Shown here one piece after another: positions 35,063 to 47,307 of a stretch of 64,000 nt of DNA. Below the pieces are notes generated by a model. That model was not told where the DNA came from, ran no database searches, and was given only the letters and a program-made list of their open reading frames with translations. Numbering within the stretch: the stretch's first letter is position 1; every line of letters starts with the position of its first letter. The DNA lies in assembly GCA_010356995.1 (NCBI GenBank), contig ML996703.1, positions 186,001-250,000 of the forward strand. The letters are read 5' to 3'. The position numbers were made by a program, and so were the translations under genes. This stretch comes from Trichodelitschia bisporula. Its lineage: Eukaryota.

Positions 35063-35631
35063 ATATTGGCAAGACATGTTTAAAAGGGTTTTGGATGGGT
35101 ATCTTGGCCGTCGGTATGCGGTCCGGAGTGCTCGTCGTTTGCGGATCGACAGTCCAGTCGGGGTGTTCGGATTATGCAAAGCCGAGCCTCGCGGGCCCCC
35201 ATACCGTCTCTCCAACGTCGCCGATCACCCTCCACACCCTTCACAAGAGGGGGAATATTGGCAAGACACGCACAAGTCGACGTTCTCCGCGCCCTCTTGG
35301 CCTCCAAGACCGACCAATATTGGCACGTCGTGCACAAAGCGGCTCTTGCACATGTGGGGACAGTACACGCGTCCCGATCAGCGCTGTCAACCGTCCGTTT
35401 TACCGCAGTCCGGAGCCCGCACTACGGCTCCCGGGCTCGCGATCGGCACTGCCGGGGAGCCGCGGAACGGACGCCTGAGCCGCAGCTTGGCCCGCGTACC
35501 ATACCGATTAGCGCCGGTCTCCATACTGCGTCGACGAATATTGGCAAGACAGGTTGCGGAGGGTTGGCCTCGTCATGCCTTGCTCGATGCCCGCTCCCGG
35601 CTCCGATGGCCAGCACAATATTGGCAAGACA
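35063..35631 (+). repeat. Cluster of dispersed exact 14-bp direct repeats ATATTGGCAAGACA (possible cis-regulatory array)
   Basis: Exact copies start at 35063, 35255, 35538, 35618; partial copies at 34317 (ATTGGCAAGAC) and 35316 (AATATTGGCA). Confidence 0.85.
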
Positions 35632-38321
35632 TCGGCCTCAGGCGAAAGAACGTGATCTTCGGGGCCGGACTTGCTTCCGTGCCACAGACACCGGCGCGGC
35701 GCCGGAGCGGACTCCGAAGACACAGCGGCTGAGGCGGCTGAAACCGGTGCCTGAGCTGGTAGGTGAAACCGCAGCGTTGGAATGGTTGTCTTTGTGTCCG
35801 TCAGGTGACGTTGCACATCTGCAGCATGGTCTGCAAGCTGTACCTCCAGTTCGTACAATGCTGGTACCGATACGAACACTAGGACGTGCACAACGGTCAG
35901 GAGCGCGACGTGTGGGTTTGACGACGGGATGAAATCGGCCTCAAGGCGGCCAGCGATATCCCAGCTCCCCTTTGCTGCGCAGGAAGTCACTGCACGCGTC
36001 TCAAATAGGCGATATCCTCACTTAGTCGCGCGCAAGGAGACACGCCGCGCATACGGGAGATTGCAGAGCCTCCTTGCCGCGAGGCGCACTTGCATGAAAC
36101 GTGTCAGTCAGTCCAACATGAGGTGAACAATGAACGTGGACGTTGAACAGATGTCTCGACAGCGGTGCTCCGGTTGTGCAAACACCCACTATTGTCGCTG
36201 ATCGTGATGCGCGCGTCTCTCGGGTTGGCTTTGCTCTCATCCCCGCGATCGAACTCCCTGGCCGCGATCGCAGCGCGCACGGGGCAGGCGACGTGAAACA
36301 GGCGCAGCCGCGTCTGGCGCTAGTGTAAGGTACCCGCTGATGGGGCCGTACGGGGATTGGGGCTAGGACGGATTGGGGGTGGGGGTTGTGTGGGGGTTTC
36401 ACTGCATCGTGATGATGAGGTTTGGCTTCATGGTGCAGGAGATGGGGTGATGAGGAGAATTGGAGGGGAGGAAGAAGAACGGAGGCTGAGGAGTGTTGCG
36501 TTGCACAGTTCCTGAGCAATGTGAGCGGCAAGGCTTAAAGTCGCCAGATCCCCGGAGAGTCTTCAAACATCAACCATCAGGCAGCAGTTGTGCCTCGTGC
36601 CTCGTTCTCTCTGCTCATCTCTTGCTGTCCAGTAAAGTGTCAGTGTTTTAACATCTGAGTGTCGAAAGGCTCGTGAGTCATTCTGGTACTTGCCAGTTCA
36701 GTTGTTGCTCCTGATCCTCGCTCTTCGACTCCAGACCCTTGTGGACATTTAGGCCTCAGTCGGGCTGCTCCTCCAGAGAGCATGACCGAATAGGTTTAGA
36801 AGACGATGTCCCATCCGGAATACAGGTCTCTAACCAGGACCACGGCTGTTACATACGGCATCCGACTCCGGCGCAACCAGCTGCACCCGGGTGTCGCCTA
36901 CTCACGATGCCGCAAACCCCGATATTGGCTACAATCTGGACTTGGTAGCGAGATTCAATTGAACGCGAAGCTGATGCCTTTGTTGCTCCAGGTGTATGAA
37001 CACATTTGGCTGAGCAGGGCTCACGGCATGTCTCGGCGGGATACCGGTCGGGTTCCAGGCGAACGACCAGCCACAGTCATCTCGAATTGGGACATTGGGA
37101 ATGGATGTGGGCTAAACCGATGGCTTCAATCATTCCTTTGAGGCATTCAGCGAGCTGGGGGAAGTGTATTGAGGATCTCACGAATAAGCGCTCACTTTGG
37201 CCTACGACGTGTCCAATATCAGCAGGCCATCGGGGTAAGAGAGGTGGAGAACAAGGCAGGTGATGCCATATCCAGCCGGCGACCCGGAGCACAACATCGT
37301 TCAGCATTAGAATGGTCGAGGACTGTATTCTCGATGTGACTTGACGTCGAGGAAACCGGCGACTAGCGACGTCATCCACCCAAAGAGTGCTTTGGGATGA
37401 GCCCAAGTCCACGCTCAGGCAGAAATTTTGAACGCATCAACTTCCCTTCGTCTCTCCATACGTCCGAGAAAGAACGCATCCATACGGAAAGTTTGACGGA
37501 TCCTCTTCCTTCTCTGAGATGTTTCTAGGCAGCCATCTGTCTTTCAGATCAACATCCATGGACCCTTTATGCCAGCGAGATTCCCAGTGCCCGTTCCCAG
37601 ATGTTGCTAAAAACAGCGTTATCGATTGGAAACCTGGGCTTCGGCTTCTGGATCCCCTTCAATCCGCCCGATTCGTCTAGCGAGAAGCAAAAATTGCATG
37701 TCAGCACTTCAATTGGCTCGGTTGATGGCGTGGCTTGCACGCCTCGTTCGCCCCGTTGCGATGACAGGTCGGACAGGGCGAGAAGGGTCACGGAAGAAGG
37801 TCGGCAGTCTGACCGGGTAAACAACGAAACAACAAACAGCCGAGATAATGAGCCAGTCGTAGTCAAACTAAGGCCAGAGTGCGTGCTGCACCTGCAGCGC
37901 ATATTCCCCCGCAGAACTCGCCCATGCATGAGCAGCCGGTAACCGGGCAAAGACATAAGAGAACAGGCCAATTTCCGCTCTTGGCTGTGTGGGTGTTTAC
38001 AGGCGGAGCCCCTGCATGACGCACTCTTTAGTTGAAACTGCAGTCACTTCCTAGCCCGCGGTGCTGCGGAAGGGGAACAAACAAACACACAAGGCGCGCC
38101 TTCCTCCTAGCAACGTTAACTGACATCCCCTTTCCCGCAACAACATTTCTTTCTGCATCTCCAAAACACTTCACTCTCTCAATCAACCTCTCCCTGCTGT
38201 TTGTGCTGCCGTACCACCTGCTACCCACACTGCTCAGCCTTACCCCTCCGCAGCGTTCGAATCGCCCGCACTGCTCGTGCATCCCCACTTCACTCTTACC
38301 CCAGAATCCACCGCATCCGCA

Positions 38322-40179
38322 ATGTCGCTTCAAGCGCGCTACAACGACTTCTTGCGCAGCCCTAGCGCAGCGCAGCTCCATGAGTCGGCTGCGCTCGTCT
38401 ACATTCCCACGCTGACGACTATCAACGAGGCTCCGGGCATCTTGCGCCATCTCGCCGCGCAGGCGAAGCTGCTGACCAAGAAGACGGAGCGCATCATCAA
38501 CGCCATCGAGAGCGAGCGAGCTCTGTGCGTCGATGTCGAGACAATGATTGAGTTCCAGTCAGGCGGCGGTGCCTACCTGCCGGGTCTTGATGACAACTTC
38601 GTCGCAGACAAGACCGTCGTCTTGCCTATGGTATGTCCGACCCTTCTTTTTCCCCGACCCCGCTAACCAGCAGGTCCACATCGTCCAATTCGATGCCGAT
38701 CGCCGCATTCGTCATGTCCGCCTGCACTGGGACCAGGGCTCGCTGCTGAAGCAGCTCGAGGTCATCGGCGCGCGCGCACGCAACTGGCCTCTCCGCGACG
38801 GCAAGGACCAACTGCGCCTCGTGCTGTCCGCTTCAACGCCTTCTGATGCCCCACCTTCGCGGCCCTCCACCGCTGGCGCCCGTGCCGATGAGGTCGTCAT
38901 CAACCGTCGCCCGCACGCCCAGAGCAATACCAGTGCCACGGGCGATCCGCACGCGTCGCTTGCGCTCTTCGCACCCCGTGAGAATGACGAGTCGGATACG
39001 CGCCCCTCGACGTCGTCGAATGCTCCGTCGGTCCGCACGAGCGCGAAGCCACCTGCGCGTGATCTCGCTGACATCCTTGGTGGTGGTGGCGAGGAGGAAG
39101 AGTATGCCGGCTCGCCAGGTCGCTCTACCTCGCCGCGCAAGAAGAACAACAACGGCGGAGCGCCCAAGGGCGGCGCTGGCTCGCACTACCACCCGATCCG
39201 GCTGTTCGAAAAGGAAGGCGAGGCTCCGCGCAAGACCGAGTCGCGTGTACCCAACTCAAAACGCTACAACCACTTCGAGTTCGGGCACGGTGATGACGCA
39301 CCGACGCCGAAGCAGACCGAGAGGCCGCAGGTAAAGAAACACCTTTCACAGTGGGATTTTGAAGACTTCAACACACCGGAGAAGCCGCGCATGAAGGTCC
39401 TGCCCCAGAACGAACGTAGCGCCAGTTGGAGCGATGACGAAGACGTGCGTGGCAACCATCATGCGTCAAACCCACAGACTGACTCCCGACAGGTCGACAA
39501 TACCCCCGCGCCGCGCCCAATCGTGCACCAGCCGCGCCCAGACTCTCAGCGACATTTCGAGATCAAGGATGAGGGCACGCCCGGCGCCAAGGGGCCGCTC
39601 GCCACGCTCACTAATGTCGATAAGGGGCACCGTCAGAAGGACTTTGACTCGCAGTTCGAGATCTGTGACGAGAGCCCCGTGAACCCGCGCCAGGGCCCGC
39701 CCAAGGCTCCGCCTGCCGATCAGGCGAAGGTGATCAAGGGCCTCGACGCGAACTGGACCCTGTTCGACGAGAGCCCTAATGCAGGCCGCAGCGGTTCGAA
39801 GAACCACAATGTTGCGCCCGGAGGTATCAAGACGGGAGGTGATGGCATGGGCGGACGCAAGACCGGAGGCCGCAGCTGGGGCATCGGGGATGATAGCGAG
39901 GACGAGGCGCGCAAGGATGCGAAGCCGGTGCGGAGCTTGGGAAAAACGCAGCCGCAGCAGCAGGGCGAGACGGGGAAGAAAGAGAATACCGTGCCTGGGG
40001 GTATCAAGACGGGAGGCGATGGCATGGGCGGCCGCAAGAACGGGGGGGGGCGCGGCTGGGGCATTGGGGATGATAGCGAGGACGAGGCGGCCAGGAATGC
40101 AAAGCCGGTGCGGAGTATGGGGAAGACGGCGCAGCAGAAGCAGCAGGGTGATGGGGCAAAGGACTTCTGGGACTTTTAA
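38322..40179 (+). CDS. Conserved fungal protein with N-terminal NTF2-like domain and disordered, repeat-containing C-terminus
   Basis: Introns 38631-38673 and probably 39445-39492. GGGAYLPGLDDNFVADKTVVLPMVHIVQFD...VRLHWDQGSLLKQLEVIGARARNWP. Two GIKTGGDGMGGRK..GGR.WGIGDDSEDEA repeats. Confidence 0.8.
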
Positions 40180-43065
40180 GGGAGTGAAAAGAGGTTGTTG
40201 CTAGGTGTTTGGGGTTCGGAACTGGGATATGAACTGGACTGGTCTGCTCTGGGCTGGGGTTTCTGAGGGTTTGAGGACTCTTGCGAGGTGCAATTGATTG
40301 TCACGGCCTCAGCGGTTTGTTGCGCTCAGTTTTCGGTGCGGTGTGCTGCTGCTTTTTTTTACCGTTCTGCTGATGATTGTACGTATGCTTGTGGTTTAGT
40401 GGATATCGGTTTCTGAAGCGAGATAGGCTGGATTCGTCTAGGGTGAATGGATAGCCGGTCAGGGTTACGATGTTGTGGTCGTGATGCAAGTGATGCCGGC
40501 GATTCTCGGCTGGGCCCGTGCGCTCTGTTATGAGTAATCACGTTTTATGTTGTCTGTTCGGACAATGCCAAAGTTCAAAGATCTAGGCTAGTCATTGAAC
40601 TATACTAACTATGCGCTATTGCGGGGGGAATCAAGCTACTGTAGTGCTACAGAGCACTGCGGTGTCTCGAGTCGTGGTCTGGGCCGGAGACATGACACGA
40701 CATCCGATGTCGACTTCGCGATGTTCAACAAGACCATTGGCGGCGTGCGGAACTCGTCTTCGGTGGGAATCGCCTGATTGAAGGGCGGATAGTTATCAAG
40801 GTGACGCGAGTGTGGCTCTAGCTACACCATTAGGAACTAGAACTACGTCGATGAGTCTCATTTTAGTTCTTGACTCCGCAAATCTACTGTCACAACTCCC
40901 ACGCCTCCCGAGAAGGCAACCACGATGCAATTCACTCGACCATTCCATCGCGCCAACATGTCTCCTGGGGCTACCAGACGAGATAGCGGCATGATGCATT
41001 TCGGCTGGTCATACACGGCGGGCGGTGACATCTCCTCGCGCCGGCTCCAGGTCTGGGACCGTGCAGACGCCGTGCCGGTGGTGGTGCAGGCGGGCCGTTT
41101 GTGCTCTGCATGTGCCAGGGGCGTAGGGTTGGAAGTGGAGAGGGGCTGTTGAGTGGGTGAGAGGGCGCGAGGGGAATTGCGAAGCGTAGATGATGATTTC
41201 AAGGGCGGGGGACGTCTCGGATGGTACGGCGAGTGCTAAGAGATGAGGGAGTTTTCGAAGTGGAACTGGAAGTGATGGGAATTGTGAGCTTTGGGATGAA
41301 GATGCTGAGATTGAGGCTGTGTACTGCGGGATATCAGATGGCATTGGTGTAGCTGGTGATGTTAGTAAGATCTGAGGGCATTGATACGGGGATGTGTTTC
41401 TGCTGTCATCAAGTCAAGGCTCGATCGCAGGATCGCAGCGGGCCGTCTGGGAAGCTTCCATGCCGGACGGGGCCAATTAGAGAGGTGCTTGACCGTGGGC
41501 CGTTTGTACGTTGGCCGTTTCGCCGCTCAGTGTGGCGGTGGTGAGCAGCAGAAGCTCCGCTCTCCGCTCCACCATCCCCGGTTCGCAGCGCCGCCCCTCC
41601 CCGCCTATCCCCGCCCAAACCGCCGTCCCCTTTCTACCCTATCCCATCCCTTCCCTTCCCTTCCCTTCCCGTCCGACCCTGAACCCCAACCCACCCCTTC
41701 CTCAGTTCTCCCCTCTCTTCTCCACCACAACCTCAACCATCACCACTTCCCATCACCGAACACCATCTTTTTCTTCTCTTCTTTTGCGTTTTCAGCATTC
41801 ACCGCTCCCCTGCGGGCCGTAGAAGCGATCCCGCTTCGAACGTGAGCCTCATCAGACGCCCCGGCCCGCTTCGAGTAGCTCCCGTCCCGTCTCGACAAAG
41901 CTCCGAACCTCAACTTCCCCTCACTGGACCCCATGCGATAATCCTGCTTATGCGACGCGTAACCTGCCTGCGTGTCTTGAGTTAGGTCGCAACGGTCTAG
42001 CACAGCTCACAGGATACTCGAAGCGAATTGTTTCTTGCCGTTGCTGTCGAAAAAAAAGGCGAGAGCATTGTGCGTCTAGCTACCTTCTTCGTCAAACGAC
42101 GCCCTTCCCGGAGAGCTCCCCGAGTGCAGATGCGGGGAAGCTGTTCATAGGGTGAGAAAATCCTTTTTTCTGCTGCTGTCCGACCTTCCTCCTTCTACCA
42201 CTACTGCGAATGCTGCGCCTCGTAGCCACAATTTGTCACACCTGTCATCCGTGAGCGGTCTTCGGCGCGTTTCATAGGACGTGCAAGTCCTGGCGAACGA
42301 AGCTTGTTGAACTGTGGCTCAGCGCATCGCCGCTGGTTTGTACTTCCCGACCCTTCCATATTCCCATATCCCGCAATCCACCTGCCTGTTGTCTGCACTC
42401 TTCTTTTCTTCCCTTCTGCTTGCTCTTCCAAATCTCCTCTTCCCCACCCAACCACCCGCTCCCCCCGCTTCCCGCAAAAACCCTCAACTGCACGTTGCCG
42501 ACACGCGGCCCGGCAGCATTGCTTCCACTGTCAACTGACCACGTCGCAGAAGCACCAACTGGAGTGAGTTGAGTCGCGAGGGCAAAAATGGACCTCCCTG
42601 CGCCGAACGGCGGCTATGGTAAGCTTCTACTCTCATAGTTTTCGGAAGTTCGACATCCGCCCTGCAAGTCATCCGGCGCTTACTCCCTCATCCCACGTCG
42701 GTTGCCGCTTCCGGGATATGCTCGTTGTAAAGCTACATGATGTATCTCTCGGTTAGCTTCACATCCGACGACGGGCCCGGTCTGTATTCGCGTCGTCGAT
42801 TCCACCGTCGTGGGAGACGTTGATCGGACGTTGATCACGGACTTCGCTTCTACTTCATCCAAGTTTGCGGCAGTAAGCTGCCTATTTTTGGCGATTGTGC
42901 CTGACATCGCTTGCGTTTGCTCACGGTAACGTCCCACGCGATGCGGTTCTACATAACTTGCGCTGTACCTCCACGGCTACTTGGCGAAAGACTCCAGGCT
43001 CTGCTCTAACCGATACAATGTCATTACCGCAATTGCTAACTTCCAGCGCCTATGCTCCCCAGGCC

Positions 43066-44562
43066 ATGCGTCCGCTCCACCACGGACCGCCCTCGTACTA
43101 TACCGCGTCATCGATCTCGTCGCGTGAGTACGATGGTCGGCCCGTGTCGAGCGGGTTTGCCTGGCCCAGGGGTTATCAGGCGCCGCGTTCTTTAGCCAAC
43201 AGCGACACGAATAGCTCGCAGCACAAGAGTCCGCTGGAGCGGTTGGGCTTCAAGCTCAATATCGGAGGGGAGAAGAAGACGCGCGGTACGGGGTCCGCTT
43301 CATTGGAGGCATGTGACTAACGGAGCAGATGGCCACACGCCCAAGCGGAGAGGGCCCAAGCCCGATAGCAAGCCGGCCCTGACGCGGCGTCAGGAGCTCA
43401 ACCGGCAAGCCCAGAGGTGAGTTTCTCGGGGACTCTAACACCCCAGAAAGCATCCCTAACCCCCACCACTAGAACGCACCGCGAGCGCAAGGAAATGTAC
43501 ATCAAAGCTCTCGAGCAGGAAGTCCTGAGGCTCAAAGAAGTCTTCGAGCAAGTAGTCAAGGAGCGCGACGCGTTTTCGGAGGAGGTGCGGCGGCTGCGCG
43601 AAATCATCGCCGCCCACGGCATTCACTACGACATGACGGGCCCGAACCCGGTCTACACCGCAAGCTCGCAGTACGGCGGCTCGTCCACCAGTCTCAGCGG
43701 CGGCACGCACACCCAGTCCGGCGCCTCCACGGGTTATACGTCTCCACCCTCGCACCCGCCGCCCCCGCCGCCTATCCCGGCTGCCTACGAGACGGCGGGC
43801 CCGCAGTTCCAGCAACCGGGTCATGCGGGCGCCCCCGGGTTGGACTACAATCAGATCGGGATTGATTTTGTCTTAACGTACGATCGCACGCCCTACCTCT
43901 CTCCTCCGCCGCAGCACTGAGCGACGCACATCACGTACATGATCCCCCCATCTGCGTGTGGGCGGCGGCCACGCTTTCCGGAGTTCACTGGCTAACGTTT
44001 TGTGTCTTCGCCGCGCGCAGTCTCGAGCGCCCCTGCATGGACCACATGCAGTTCCTGATGGTGCGCAGCGAGGACGCGCTCGAAGGCGAGATCAGCGGAC
44101 ACGCGCTTATGGCGACGTGTCCGCCGATTAGCCATGTCAAGGAACATCCGGACGACAAGTATCCGCACCAGATGCCGGATATTGGCATGGCAGATCTGGT
44201 TAAGCTGCTGGATTTGAGTAATCGGCTGCCGCTTGATGGCGAGATCACGCCGATTATGGCGTGGTCGGAATTGCGCACTCATCCGCGCTATTTGGAGTTT
44301 ACGCTGGCGGATTTTGAGGCGATGAGGGATGATTTGAAGGGGAAGGTGCGGTGCTATGGGTAGGTTCCTTCCTTCCTCTCTGATGTGGGGTTCTGAGACA
44401 GGGACTGATGAATATAGGTTTGGCGCCGTGCTTGAGGAGTTCGAGGTTCGTGATGCTATTGCCAATGTGCTCACGATGAAGGATAATCCGATGCTGGAGC
44501 ATACGCCTGCGGAGTGGGAGACACAGGCGGGGGCGATGGAGGATGTCAAGACTGCTTTGTAA
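43066..44562 (+). CDS. flbB: bZIP transcription factor, FlbB-like (true start may lie upstream)
   Basis: Introns 43286-43328, 43417-43472, 43878-44020, 44360-44417. Basic region KRRGPKPDSKPALTRRQELNRQAQRTHRERKEMYIKALE plus zipper. C-terminal LERPCMDH..SGHALMATCPP..GEITPIMAW..KVRCYGFGAVLEEFEVRDA. Ortholog name is from recall. Confidence 0.8.
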
Positions 44563-44965
44563 CTGCTTTTTGCTGTGTTCCTTGCTTTGATTTGATTTGC
44601 TTTTACGGGATGGAGGGTGGGGGAGGGGGAATTCGGCTTTCACTTGTTGGACGATTTGACAACGGGAGATACCTTGGTTTCTATGGCGGTGATGTTGACT
44701 TTAATGGTGTTTTTGGAGGATGCCTAGACAGACCTTGCTGTTATCACGATGCTCGTTCATGCTGCACTTGAGAAAGGAACAGAGCGTGAAGACCGTGAAC
44801 CACATTTTGCCTATATCCCATCCGTCACATGTACCTACATCAACCCCTTCCTCCGGCATACGCCACCAGATATCCCCCCTCCCACCGTCCCACCACCGCC
44901 TGCCTAGCCAAACACAAAACAACAGGGTATAAAGAAAAAAAACCAAACACCTCCCCATCCCACAT

Positions 44966-47307
44966 CTACCCCGCCCCCTCCATCCCCCCTATATCAAACC
45001 AAAACTCCTCATCCAACCCCTCCCTCCCCGGCAGCACCGGCGCTTCCCCACCACCCCCCTCCTCAAACCTAACATTCAACAACCGAATCTTCAACCCATA
45101 CCCCGCAATCAAATTCACCAGCTTATTCGTATCCGCCGTGATAGGCGCCTGGTTCAACAGCATTAGTAACCCGTCAAGCCACTCCGCGGCCAGTGTATGG
45201 GAGGGCGGGTGCAGTTGTAGAAGTACGGCTTCGTGTTCGGCGGGGGAGGTAGGGGAGCTAGATGATGCGAGCGCGGGGACGAAGCCGTGGATTGTGATTT
45301 TGGTGTTTGTGGCTGGTGGCTTGGGGGCGCCGTTTGTGGTGCCTGCGGCGGCGAAGCTGCTTGTTTTTTTGAGTGTGGCGTTGGAACTGCTTGTGCTCGG
45401 CGGCGAAGCGGAGACGTTTGATACCACAGAGGACACGATGGAGAGGTCGACTATCTCTATTAGCCCCCCCCCCCCCCTTCCTAATTTCACAAGGAGGCAC
45501 TCACTCTTCTCCCCCAAATCATCCAGCCCCGGCTCCGGCGTGCGCTTTTGCTCAAAAGCGCCAAAATGCAGATAACGCCGGTTATGACTGAGGCGCACGA
45601 AGCGCCAATTCGACTGCACGGCGCGGTTGACCGTAGCCTTGGTCACAGGCCCACTTTCCGGCCCGTGGCCCGTGGCGTGCGGGAACCACGCTCCGGCGAG
45701 GAGGCAGCGGATGCGCTGCTCCTTGACGAATTGGAGGGCTTCGTGGTTGAGTTCGTCGCGGACCTGGCTGTTTCGCGTCAGCCATACAAGTACACGCAAA
45801 ACGGGGACCGAAAACCTACCGCAGGTGCTGCCCCCACGCATCCTCATACGTCAGCTCCAGCAGCTCCATCTGCAGCGCACGCAAGCGCTTGTACTCGAAC
45901 TCTGCCATTTCGGCCTCCGCCTCGCCGATGTCCTTCGTCCGCGTCGCCATGCCCACGACCTGCTCGACGAGGATGCGCACCAGCTCGCCTACCTTGTCGA
46001 AGTCGTCGGCCGTGGCCCCAGTCGCCTTCCACAGGCGCAAGAAGGCGTTCAACCCCGCCGTATGCAGGCGACTCCAGTGCAGCAGCAGGGGCTTGAACGC
46101 ACGCTCCAGACCCGCACGACTCCCGCTCTCAAGCGCCTGATACCTTGCCCCATCCCCGTACTCCGCATCCCCCTTCGCAATCTCAAAGTGCTCGTACAGC
46201 ACCCACGTCACGGCAAGGGAAGCGCGGGCCAGCGGACAGCGATTGGGAATCGGCTTCGTCAGCTGCTCGAGCACGAGGCGGCGGAACAGGTCTTCGTTCT
46301 TCATCACAAAGTCTGTGAGATCCATCATGCCCAGGAAGCCCGTGTCATCGAACTCGGCGCCCGGCGTCTCGCTCTCGAACCCGACGCGTCGCCAGCGCTC
46401 ACCGTCTTTGTTCCGCTTGCTGCCCCAGCGGCCGGAGGACGAGGCTACGGCCTGGCCGTGCGAGTCGGTGGGTACGTAGGACGCGGCGCTAATGGACCGC
46501 AGGGCACGCTTGTGGTCTGCTTTCTCCGGATCTACGCGGACGGCGCGCCACTTACGGAGCATGACTTTAGTCAGGGACTGGAACTCTAGGAGCGGGTGGG
46601 CGAGGTCCTGGATTGCGGTGCCCTGCATCAGGAAATAAACAGCCTTGATGACGCCCAGATCTTGCAGCTTCTTGATGAACTTTGGCCACTCGGTTTCGGT
46701 GTCGTTGGTCACGGCGTCGCGCACCAGGCTGTTGATTAGCTGCAGCGCGTTGGCGCAGAGGAGATGCTCCGCGCTGGAAAGCATGCTGACGAGCATCTCG
46801 AGGAATTGTGGGTAGATTTGCACTGCCGGCTTGAGGGCGCGGAAGCCGAAGGGCTGCGTTGGGTTTCGGGTCGAGGCGTGCGGGTGCGAGACGATGGCGA
46901 CGAGGACGGCGACGGCGCTGCGGAGGATGTTGACAAGGGGTTGCGTGACGACGAGCTGAACAGCCTGTCTCTATTAGCCATGCCCAAATCACAACATCAA
47001 TCCCCCCTAGTCCCACAGAACCAAAGGAGCCTAAACCTACCCTCTCAATCAACTCCGGCGTCACATAATCCCATCCCTTATCCAACTCCAACAGCCTCCC
47101 AAAACTCGTCAGCGCATACGCCAACGTATTCCCATTCGCCGTCAGCGCCAGCGCCGCCAGCATCGGCAGCCCGCCCTCCATGATAAACACGTCTGCAAAC
47201 GAGGGGTCGCCGATCGCGCTTTGCAGCTTGAAGACCGCCATTTTGCGCACGCTGTCCTCATCGCTGCCCAGCCGCGAGACGAGCTCCGGTATCGCAAAAG
47301 TATCCAT
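44966..47307 (-). CDS. ELMO/CED-12 family protein with C-terminal PH domain
   Basis: Exons 47307-47041, 46964-45820, 45767-45505, 45450-44966. VRKMAVFKLQSAIGDPSFADVF, WRRVGFESETPGAEFDDTGFLGMMDL, CPLARAS, QFVKEQRIRCLLAGAWF, WRFVRLSHNRRYLH, EWLDGLLMLL. Confidence 0.92.

Noticed and set aside
35028..35932. ORFs with recurring YWQD or ILAR peptides as a repeat protein
   Set aside because: The peptides are translations of the same 14-bp DNA motif in different frames, and the rest is not protein-like.
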